The translations under genes and the position numbers were made by a program. A stretch of DNA of 64,000 bases, taken from contig CAUYUJ010000002.1 of the NCBI GenBank assembly GCA_963575745.1, positions 1,674,001 through 1,738,000 of the forward strand. The letters run 5' to 3'. The first letter of the stretch is position 1. Every line of letters begins with the position of its first letter. The DNA comes from Prorocentrum cordatum. Taxonomy: Eukaryota. Below, piece by piece: positions 53,501 to 64,000 of the stretch. The notes below the pieces were generated by a model. The model searched no databases and was not told the origin of the DNA. It worked only from the letters and a program-made list of their open reading frames with translations.

Positions 53501-56239
53501 CTCACGCTCCTGCGCCTCCAGCTCCAGCTTCGGCCCCTGGGTGTGGTCGTAATACCATTCCGCGCCCACTGCTAGGCCACTTCAGCCACAGCTGCCCGCC
53601 CCGGCGCGCTCATCCCGAAATGCTATCCGCGGTGAGTGCCCTCCTCCCCCTCCTGTCCTCCCCGGCCGCTCCCCCCTGCCCAGCCTTCGTCTTGCAGCCG
53701 GTCACTGCGTCTGCCGAGCGCCCCGGCAACGCGAGCGCGCGTGCGGATTGCCGCTGCCGCACCGCGACAAAAAATTGCATCCTCCCTACCACCCAGGGTG
53801 GGGGGCCTCAGCGTGCGCATGGCTACGACGCCGATCGCCGATGCGTGGGCCTCGCCTCCCACCCCTCCCGGCCGCAAGGCACGGCGTCCCGTGGCTGGAC
53901 CCCGCCGAGGCGCCGCTGGACCCCGACATCGTGCCAGGCTCCGAGGACCTCCCGCCCGACAGCCGGAGGGATGGCCGACGAGCATTTGCAGGGCTCAAGA
54001 GACGGGTTCAATGCAAACGGGTGTCATCGAAGAAGAAGAAGAAGAAGGAAACAAGGAAACAAAAAACACATAAACATAAACTTTTGGCGCTCCGCGCGGA
54101 TTTCTTGGATCCGCGCTGGGCCCACCTGGCGGCGCCTCCGGCGCCGCCCCTGGCGCGTTCCGGGCGCCAGGGAGGGGGTCCGGCGCGGATCCAAGAAATT
54201 CGTGCGGAGCGCCAAAAGGTCGTGTTTGTGTGGTTGTTCCTTCTTCGTTGTCAGCCAGAGCACCAGATCTTGCATGATCCTGCAGAACCCAGGGTGCACT
54301 GACCTGGGCTTGCGTGCAGGATGTTGCAGGATCCTGCAAAGCTTGACTGCCCGGGTTTGCATGGACCCGGGTCAGTAGAAGCCGCGCATCCTTAATAGAT
54401 GGATTGATTGTAGTCCTTGACATTCTCCCGCAGTGGGTAAACATCACGACGGGTAGTTTTTGCACATTTTCGGCCTCCTGGGGCTCTCCCTGAGCCTTGG
54501 GACCATCAAATTTGTAGGCAGGATGCTCAGAAAACGGTCCCGGGGAAGGTGTCCAGACCTTTGGGGAGCCAAGCTGTGGAAAACACGACAGCACGGATGG
54601 TTCATGTCATCTCGTGGGCTCCGAGGACCTTCCGCCCGACAGACGACGAGATGGCCGACGAGTGCTTTGCGTTCGGTACTGCAGCACGGTAGGTATGTGT
54701 CATGTCGGCGCGGCGGCGACCGCGGCGCGGGCGCTCCTGGCTGAAAGCCGTCGCAGCGCCAGAAACCGACGCCGACGTCGTCACGACACGAACTTTCAAA
54801 TGCCAAGGCGGTGTGCCAGCATGTGCCCTTCGGCGTTTTCTTTCTCCCTCGACGGCCCCGGGGGACCCACGGAGCACCGCGGAGCACGTCGGGAGGCGCA
54901 AAAGGATCGACGACACAAGTGCCCGTGGCATGTCCTGCAGCAGGATGTCGTGTCGTATGCATGTGCTATAAGCGTGCCCCCCAAAAGAGCAACACTGGAG
55001 TCTGGAGGTTGGACCCCCGACCTCCAGAGGTTGGGGTTTCCTATTTCGGAACCTTCCCAAAACACGGAAACAGAAGGGAAACAGCAGGGAAACCGAAGGG
55101 AAACAGGAGGGAAACAGAAGGGTACAGAGGGAAACAGGAGGGGAACAGGAGGGGAACAGAAGGGAAACAGAAGGGACAAAAACAAAACATAAGGGAAACA
55201 TAAGGGACACACCTGGAAACAGGAGGGGAACAGAGGGAGCTTCCACCCCCGACGGGGGGTCAACCTTGCCGCAGCGGCGCACCGCGCCGTGTGCTGGAGC
55301 GCCTCCCGCGAGCGGCTGTGGTCCGCGACGGCCTTCGATTCGAGGCTGCTGGGGCGGGGTTGGCGCCCGCCCGCCCCCCCCCACAGCGCCTCGGACGGAA
55401 CTCGGAGCAGCCGCGAGCGGAGGAAGGGTTTGATGACGTCGGGCATGTCCCTCTACAGGAGGAATATTCCAGCATCGTCAAACAGTAGTCGGGGTACGAT
55501 TTTTCTAATATTTCTACTATTTTGGGGCATTGTCGTACTATGTTCCACTTGTCCTGCATCTTGAGGCGCCCTCGTGACCACGGCCACCGCAGCTCGAAGA
55601 ATCAGTCGGGACGGCATTTGTGGAGGCGGCCTCGGGCCCTGCGGCCATGGAAACCCGCCCCGCAATCCAAACCCCAGCCCTGGGGATGGGGTCGAAAGTG
55701 CCGGCGGCCTTCCTGGTGAAAATCTCACCGAGCGCGCTCCATTACTCGCAAGGTGCCTGCTCGCAAACGTCCGAACAATAACACACGTGTCTGCGCCGAT
55801 GCAATGGATCGTACATCCCCCGCGGCGGATCCAGGCCACTTGCGAGTACTTTGCGAGTACTGAAGCGCGCTCGTCTGCAATCACAACCTCGTACCGTAAG
55901 TTCATGCGGCGATGGCGCGCTGGCGACGCCGACGAAGGCGTTCCAGGTTGACCTCCGCATGATGGAACGACGCGGAAGCACCGAGGGACATGGCATTGCC
56001 ACACGACCCGACGGAGCTCAACTTTGAACGCTCGGGGCCGCGATCGGTTCAGGGTTGAACGATCGACGCGGTGTCAACAACCTTTGCGCGCGCCGACGCC
56101 GCACGAACCTGCCGCGTGCCTGGGAGCATCGGGCCCTTGGCCTCGCCAGCGCGTGCGTCGGCGACGCCAGCGACGGCTGCAGGGCTCCTTGCCGCCAGCC
56201 TCCCGGCGCACTCGCGAGCACGGCGCCTCCCGAATGGCC

Positions 56240-56570
56240 GCCGCGGGGAAATGGTTCTTTCCCAAGTATCGTTGGGGGTCCTTCTCCGTCAATGAGCCCG
56301 CGCAGGAAAAAAACAAACATGCATTGTTCCATATTGAGAGGGGTCAAGAGCCGCCGCGGGGAAATGGTTCTTTCCGAAGTATCGCTGGGGGTCCTTCTCC
56401 GTCAATGAGCCCGCTCAGGAAAAAAGAATGCACTGTTCAATTTTTGGGGGGGGGTCAAGATCCTCCGCGGGGGAATTGTCCTTTCCCAAGTATCGCTGGG
56501 TGTCCCAATCCGTCAATGAGCCCGCGCAGAAAAAAATGCATGCATTGTTCCCATATTGGGGGGGGGTCCA
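56240..56570 (+). repeat. ~112-bp tandem repeat, 3 copies
   Basis: CCGCGGGGAAATGGTTCTTTCCCAAGTATCG...GTCAATGAGCCCGC recurs at ~56241, ~56354 and ~56465. Confidence 0.85.
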
Positions 56571-57364
56571 GATCCTCTGAGGCTGCTCGGCGCGCTCCAG
56601 GGCCAAGACGCGGCGGCCAGGGGGCCTCCGAACGATGGTGGTGACCACGCCGCGTGGTGAGCCAGTAGCTTTCGGAAGTGTTCGTGAGTTTCTGGTAGTC
56701 TCCGGAGGTTTCTGGACCCCGGCGGGGCCTCCATCAGCTGCGCCTCGCCGAGGGCGTTCCGGGGGTGCCAGAATCGTCCCGCACGGCCGTCGGAGAGCCG
56801 AGCTGTGGCCCGCAGGCCATGGGAGCGGTGACCACACCGCGCTGTGAGTCCGTGGGGGATCGGGGTCACCGCACGGGTTTTGGATCTCGGATCGTTCTCC
56901 GAGGACGTCTCGGGCGACCTGGGCTTCGAGGTCCCAAGACCGTGCAGTGACGGACCGCGCGGTGAGGTCTCTTGAGTTTTCGAGGGCACCGCGCGGTCCA
57001 TCACCACACGGTTTCTGAAGACCCCCGATTCAGGCGCACGAGTTCGCCGTTCGTTGCAGGAAGGATGGGGCGGTGACGCATTCCAGGGGTGGGGGCCACC
57101 AGTCAAAATCGGCCCTTACACTCAAGACGCTGAAATAAGGAACAAGTTGGTGTTCGGAAGGGGATGGACGTTCTCTAGGTCCTTCCATGGCTATTCCTCT
57201 AGCCCTCCTCGTGAGCGAAGGCAAGCTGGGGTCCTAAGAGGGGCTTCGTTCCTTCGCTGGCGTTCCTTATTTCAGTTGCCCGACTGTACAGGCCTCTCCT
57301 CTGGAGCTGTCTGGCCAGAGTCACGATGCGGATCCAACCGCGGCGGCTAGGCCCCCCAGGAGGT

Positions 57365-60300
57365 ACTCTAAAGTGAGCTGGGCGATGCAGGTGAGTGGGA
57401 ACGATCGTGCGCTCGCGGCCGCTTGGCTCAAAGCGGCCGGCCGCCCAGATCTGACTACACCTCAGTGCGAGGTGTACTATTTGCCATCGATGCCAAAACT
57501 GCTTGAGACGGCTCGCTTCCTACTGGGGCTATCGCTGCTACGGTACAGCAGAGCTGGAGCTTCGCTTCGCCTAAGGCGAAACTGCTGGTTGGGCCTCCCA
57601 ACCCTTTTTCAAACTTGGTAGCGGAGCTGGCCTATGGTGGTCAGCTCTTACTCTACTCCTCACCATCCACGGTATTATCTGGTGGACTACTGACGTGGTG
57701 GAACATCAGAGTGCAGTGGGTTTGCGCGGAGGAATGTATAGAACTACGCATCATAGCAAAGACACTTGCACTGACACCTCTGCCTACGCAGAAGCCTCTT
57801 ACTCGCGTCCTACATCCCTGCGCTACTACACCCCTGAAGTCCACCACCTACTCCAATTTGAAGCTTCTTCGAAGACATAATGAATTGAAACATGCGCTAC
57901 GACATTGCGCCGCCTCCACCCCCACGCAGGCTTACGACCACACACCGCAAACCCCAACCAACCACATCCGACTACGACGTGCGAGGCCGTTGGATTGGTA
58001 TTACTATCTTTGGGCTCACATGGGTTGCTATCGGGTGTGCGGTGGGACATATGCGTGGCGGAGACGACACAAGAACGACCGGCCCGCATTGGGGCCCGTC
58101 CGGTCAAGTACCATTCCGCGAGTTCGCTCGCGAGGTTCATGCCTGGATCAACGTGACCACAAGCAACATGGCGCCCTCCCAACAAGCTGCAGCCTTACAA
58201 CGCGGTTTTGGGGGCCTCGCACGGACCATAGCCATGAGACTTCCCCCAGCAGTTATCAATTTCGGCGTAGGTGGCCGCCATACCGATGGCGTCACCTACA
58301 TCATGTCCCTCTTAAGTGCGAAGCTCGCAAACTCAATTCTGGTACAGCTCCCATTGACTTCCGAGTCCATGCGGGAGAACGGATCGACCAGATTCTGGCA
58401 CGTTTCGAGACAGCCCGCTATGAAGCTGCAACAGCAAGATTTATCATCCCCAACATCCAAATTCTAACAGCTATTTGTTTTCAGAGCCCTTGGGGTGGGG
58501 ACGACGCGTGCGCCGCAACTCCTGCAACCACTAAACTACCACATGCCGAGGGACCGGCAACAGTTTGACTCTCTACTTGAACGCATAAGGTCATATGCTC
58601 GCATTGTTGAGAGGAGCCCTGGCAATATGGGTGGCATTTTCAGTCGCGGCCACCGAACCGAGACCTTACACGTTGAGGCAAACGCAGGGCAACCTGCTCA
58701 TGGCGTCCGGAATGACGATCCGCAACCAAAAGAGACCACCACTTTGCTGGCTCAGAATGGTGGTTCGGCCTCGGGGTCGCAAGATTCCTGGGCCAGGTCT
58801 AGGGGGCCGCCCGATGCGATGGCCCCTGCGCAAGCCACGACCCTAGTGGGCTCAGCGGGGCAATCTGCTGAGTCCGACTTCGATTCTGGGACTGACGCCG
58901 ACGCGTCCTCGGACGACGAGGCTACCGCCCTAGACTACTCCGACATGCCCACGTACCTCGCGGAAGAACAACAGGCGCAATGATTATTCCTAGGGCACCA
59001 GAAACATAAACGCAGGTGGAGGCGATTTATGAAGAAGCCAGTTCGCAAGGTTCGGCGCACTATCCGACGGGCGCTCAGGGGAAAGGGCAAGGGTTGAGGC
59101 ACGGGTAAAGGTAAACGGTGGCGATTGCATGGCAGAGGCATGTTAGGACTTCTAGCATCCCTTACCGGACCACACTACGAAGAGATGTTCCTAGGTGCAG
59201 GCAGGAACCGCAGGCATACATCAGGAAAAGGTAAGGGACGTCGGGGCAACCCGAAGGATGCAAACGGTAACCTATGGAGTGCGATATCTGCCATAGCACT
59301 CAACACTTCCGTCGCGAATGCCCCCCCAGGGCGATGGGGGAGGCAGAGGTCCGTTGATGCATCTGGCTCAAACTGATTCGGACATGCAGTATGTTGACTA
59401 GGAGTCGCTTCTGGCCGACCCTGCCGATAGCTCAGTTGCAGTTGTTCATTTCATGGCTGCCAGGCATTCGAGTGCCGGCATATCTCTCGAGAGTTGCGCC
59501 GACGAGCTGTTCGAGGAGATATTCACTGGCCACAATAAGATTGATCTGGCAGACTGGCTGGCTATACCCATCGCGGGGCAACCTCCCGATATTTAATTAG
59601 TCGAGGATTTCTACCTGCCCGGCGAAGGAGATGATGAAATGGCGGTGGCATCCGCAGACTCAGAAGCCACTACTCCTGCAACAGAGGAGGAAACGCAATT
59701 CACGCTTCATCCTCGGGTCAGTGGTAACTCGACAAACATGGACTGGAGTGATGATGCCCCTTTGCGGGGGAACCCGCGAAATGCTGGCTATCTGTCTGGG
59801 CGCATCCAGTGCGAGCTCGGCCACGACGAAGGACTTCAATATGCATTCGCAGCTTCGGGCCGCTCCAGGAGCCGCCAGGAACGATCGGCAAGCCGCCAGG
59901 CCTGGAGACGCAGGTATCGCGCCGACGACGATGACGAGGAATGGTCACGGTCGGGTCCGCAGCGGCTCACCCGACCGCGCGCGCGCGCTCCAGCGGCGCT
60001 CGCTCTAGCGGCCTTCAGCGCCCTCCCTCATCCTCCTGATGCGAGGAAGCCAAGGACCCCTCCGAGGAAGGGCAATGGGCCCGACACTCCTCCGAGGGGG
60101 GGGCGCCCGCGGGGGCGCCCGCTTCAGGGGGGGGGGGGGGGGGGGTCCGCGAATAATATCCAGAAGACGAAATGCAGCGCCTCGTTGGCTACTCGGATGC
60201 TGGATTGGCTCGTCAGCGCAAAGGGCCTATATGCAATGCGACACTGGTTGAACAAGGGTTGGACTGAGCACCAGATTCGTCGCTGGCATTCGCTTCGCAA

Positions 60301-63300
60301 TGTTGATCGACATGAAAAAAGGCAAGGTCAAGACTGAGGCTATCCAAACACGAAGCCCTTATAAAGCGCGACCTTAAGAGGGCCATCATCGAGGAACGGA
60401 AACTTCACAGAGGCGTTGCTTGCACATGCTTCGAGCATGCCGACCACAGGCCCGGCTGCCCCACGAGGCGCCCATCAAGAGGCCCCAACTTCCGCAAAAC
60501 ACCGCGGGTCTGGTCTCACGGCGGCGGTCGGGGGTTGCTGCGCCGACCCGAATGCGACGCCATGCAACGAGCAGTTGACGGAAGACGACTACGAGCGAGT
60601 TACAGCCCAATAAATATCCGAATATATTAAGATATGGAAGACTATCTCACCTATTCATTATTTAATGATATCCAGTCGCGATTACAATGCGGGGAAACCT
60701 GCTTCGCCCAAACCAGGAGAAGACGACCGGCAGGAAGATGGCGAAGCCGACGACATGGCCGAAGCGGTAGACCCCACGGCAGCTCCTGCCGGGCACGCCT
60801 CGGATTACCCCGACTCCCTGACGCCACTTACGAAACAGACACCCCCACTAACCCTGTGGACATCATCGCGGAAGACATGGATCTGTCCCCAGGAAGAAAT
60901 GTCGCTTACCGCGCTGGAACTGTAGGTTGGGAAGAGACTACTATTGATGAAAGGCATAGCGCTACTATATACTATATATATAACTTGTGGGCAAGACCAC
61001 TATCGGAAATATGGCATGCAGAAAGCCTGATGGGGGGGGGCCTCGACCCCGACAAGGATCCCACGTGAGCCACGGGCACCTGCAGGGGCCGCGCCGAAGG
61101 CGCCTCCTCCCAAGACAAGGATCAAGTCAAAAACAGATAAACTTATTGGTATGCCTGAGTCTTCCTCGGGCTCTCCCAGGTCAACCGGTCCTGACCAGCC
61201 CAGGCCACCTCCTAGACAGAACGATAGGAAAAGCCCAGGTGGCCCTAATTTTGGGGATAGCAAGCAACAGCGACCTGCGGGGCAACCTGCTGATCGACGT
61301 CGATCCAGAGGGCCAGCAGTGGCCGCCGCAGCAGCTGCATTTACAGGCGCCAGCACTCCTACTCCAAAGGACCCTGTACCACGTCGCGGCCCTACACCTG
61401 GCCGGACACGCAGGACTGGCTGGGCGCCGACACTGGAGGGATCATCGATGGATGCTTCTTCATCGAGGCGCGGTGCCGAGCAGAGATTGCTGGAGACAAC
61501 GTCAAAGGCATCAGTGGCAGCTCCCAAAGACAAGAAGTGCGAGTACTACAGCATCAATGAGAAGAGACGCCAGGATTTCGACAGCAGTGCCCCTCCAAGG
61601 ACCCCATCGGACGCCCAGGGGATCTGCAGGCGCTGCCCAATCATCGGCAGGGTCCCGCGCACCTGCGGCATCGGCAGCAGCCAAGTCTGCAGGGCGGACT
61701 GATGAGCAAGATCAGAGTTCCGCGGGGCAACCTGCTCTTACTTTGGAAATGCCCGTTGGATGCCGACAGTAGTGGGAATGTATACGCACTACCAGGCGTA
61801 CGGACATCAACCCAGGATATCACCCCCGTAGTGGTGACGGGTCTGATCGATACATCGTGGTGGAGTGCGACATCAAGGGCGCTGCCGCCACTGCCAATCA
61901 GGGCGCTCATACGCGCCAGGTTGTACGCGACATCCAGCGTAGGCGCTCGGCGCTCACGTATCTGTCCGAGAAGAACGACTTGATGAGGATCTTTAAGACA
62001 GACAGAGCTGTTGGTCCAGATTTGACCAATGAGGAGCAGCGCTGCTGCACAGAGTGGCTTACTACTGCCACTCGCCACAAACCATTCCACCACAAGTACC
62101 TCTCTGATAGGTCTCTGAGAGCAGTACTTTTTTTCGACGAGTTCGATGGATGGGTGGAGCTCTCGGAGCTGCTTAACAAGTGGCCACCTGAGGGATGTGA
62201 TCGTTACCGCCCAAAACACCTGGAGACTGTCCGGCGTTGCCTCAGCAAGCGCCATTGGGCAGATCAAGCACTAACTGTGCTGAACTTGATTGGCATGGTC
62301 GACGACGCTAGCATGCAGGAAGCCAGGCCCCATATCAAAAAGTGCAAGTTCGCTGCCGAGATGTACGAGACATTTCATACACCCAAGTAATGGACACAGG
62401 AGTCCTGGGATCAAATGCGCAGAATCACTGTATGTGAGGATGACGGATTTGACCATTCCAGGTGCACCTTGTTATTTTACTCGTGGTACCCAATTGCAAA
62501 ATATCCAGGATAGACTTCGCATAGGACTACCATGCCGTGCCGGCGACACCATCAAGAGAAAAGGCAGGCAGCTTGTTCATGCTTGCCCATATTTACCTGG
62601 TGACAACAGAATCCAGTTCGGCCTGCGCGTCGACTCCGAAGTATTAATTATGGCGGGCCTGAAAAACCAGCTTCGTGACAATATGGCTGTTTGGCGCTCA
62701 GCAAATGATATTACTATGTCGGCAGGCGGGATCGGCATAATTCCTCCGATTCACATCGTCCAGCTCATAGGCGTTCTGCCCAACGATAAGTGCAGGTATA
62801 ATCGCGTGGGACATGTACGGATCAATCCCTTATACCTGTGGGGCAACGCGCAGACATACATGAACAGTGATCTTACCCTCGACGAGTTGTGCGAAGTCCA
62901 AAATGATGCATCATCGTTTAAGGATTGGGTTGATCCAACAACCCAACAATTTGAAGTGTCCCGAACCGGCGCTTATCCAGGAGGTCGAGTTCTCCGCGGT
63001 ATTTATGACGCAAAGAGGGGTACCAAGCGGGGACACCTGCAGGGAGATCCGACGGATCATGGATTCAGGCCCAGAGTGAGGACGCGAATGGTATGACATC
63101 AAGCGGGATTACTCCCAAAGACATGTTGCACGCCCACGATCCGTGGCGTGCCCAGACGCAGCAGTTGCCTGCACCTGCAGGGCAACCTGCATCGTTTGCA
63201 CTTATGAGTAGGGCCACAACTCATTTTGGGACGCCACAGAGTGCTGAGAGGACCAACACCCTACAGGCGAGGCTCCAGAGCATTCGGATGGACCCACAGC

Positions 63301-64000
63301 TCTACCAGGTTTTGCAGGCGACATCGCCGTTCGCATCGCCGCGTCCACGCGCGGGGCAACCTGCTTTCCCTGACCACGACGCTGTACAGAGGACAGAGTT
63401 TCTTGGTCAGCGAGAGTGGATGTACCGGCAAATGCGCGAAGCCGCGCAGAGCATGCGCTGGGGCGGCATCGACCTTCCTAGCGCTAGGTGGACGCCGCCT
63501 TGGGAGTATGTCCCGGGCCCAAATCCATCACCGGACAACCCCAATCGGTACGGATACGTGCCAGCATTTTCCAGTCATCCGACATGCGATCCGACAGCTG
63601 CAGAGCGCCCTGCGCCACCACCGATGGACTTTCCTTGATTTCCTGACTACCATGCTCAGGTGACGGGTAACTCTCGCGCGGGAACGCAGCGGGAGAACCC
63701 GCGTGCACGAGCGACAGCTGACGACACCTAGCAGTCTCAGTTGACACGCGGTTCTGGTTACGCGTCAGGTGCGCTGGGCCAGAGTCCTCCTTATGGGAAT
63801 TTGGCTACCCCTATGGACTCAGATGTGACTCAACAGGCCCCCGGCCTGGTAGCGCCATCATCCATGGGGGAGTTGCGCCCGGAGATTCTGGCCACTCGCG
63901 AGGCGCAGCAGGCCAACCTCTCAATGCAAGTGGCCCGCCAGCGTCGCAATCATGAACGTCGGGCGAAAGGGTGCTGGGTCTCGCGGGGCAACCTGCTATT
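57365..64000 (+). mobile_element. Element C: decayed copia element related to element B (runs off the window end)
   Basis: LTR-like 57365-57615 (ACTCTAAA...TTTCAAACT) and PBS TGGTAGCGGAGCTGG at 57616. Fragmented ORFs align to B ORF1 (ITIFGLTWVAIGCAVG, PFREFAREVHAW, RRWRRFMKKPVRKVRR, Tpt1). Confidence 0.9.
57490..64000 (+). pseudogene. Element C ORF1 pseudogene (Gag ... Tpt1 at ~62040-62770)
   Basis: Multiple frameshifts and stops. Retains TATRH, FDGWVELSELL, SNGHRSPGI, GRQLVHACPYLPGD and VWRSANDITM. Confidence 0.88.

Noticed and set aside
53258..54378. Poly-Ser/Pro/Arg ORFs
   Set aside because: Derived from (CCT)n and GC-rich repeats, with no recognisable domain.
1..64000. rRNA/tRNA genes or a true SL RNA gene
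   Set aside because: None recognised; the SL-like motifs are degenerate, lie inside LTRs and lack a clear GT donor and SL intron.

Overview
Eukaryotic, GC-rich, repeat-dominated DNA, most likely from a dinoflagellate (spliced-leader-like motifs, DNMT-carrying copia elements; organism inferred, not proven). About half the window is satellite or low-complexity repeat. The rest holds three Ty1/copia-type LTR retrotransposons and one apparently intronless host gene (halide/thiol SAM methyltransferase, 46321-47070). Element A (11706-21456) has identical 107-bp LTRs and a 4-bp TSD. It encodes gag-PR-DNMT-like-IN-RT-RNaseH, has one frameshift, and carries an overprinted 408-aa ORF. Element B (24831-41235, 16.4 kb) has 284-bp LTRs with non-canonical ACT...ACT ends and a 5-bp TSD, and is the most unusual. 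Its ORF1 starts inside the LTR and encodes hydrophobic membrane-like segments, Gag, a Tpt1/KptA NAD+-dependent RNA 2'-phosphotransferase domain, a RING-H2 finger and a protease. A single UGA-CGG plus stem-loop joins ORF1 in frame to ORF2 (two DNMT-like domains, IN, RT, RNase H). Its RNA also carries more than 20 covarying 14-nt tetraloop hairpins. Element C (57365 to window end) is a decayed, divergent relative of B that keeps the Tpt1 domain, the LTR-encoded N-terminus and the hairpins. All domain calls come from motif recognition by eye; no searches were run, and repeat boundaries are approximate.
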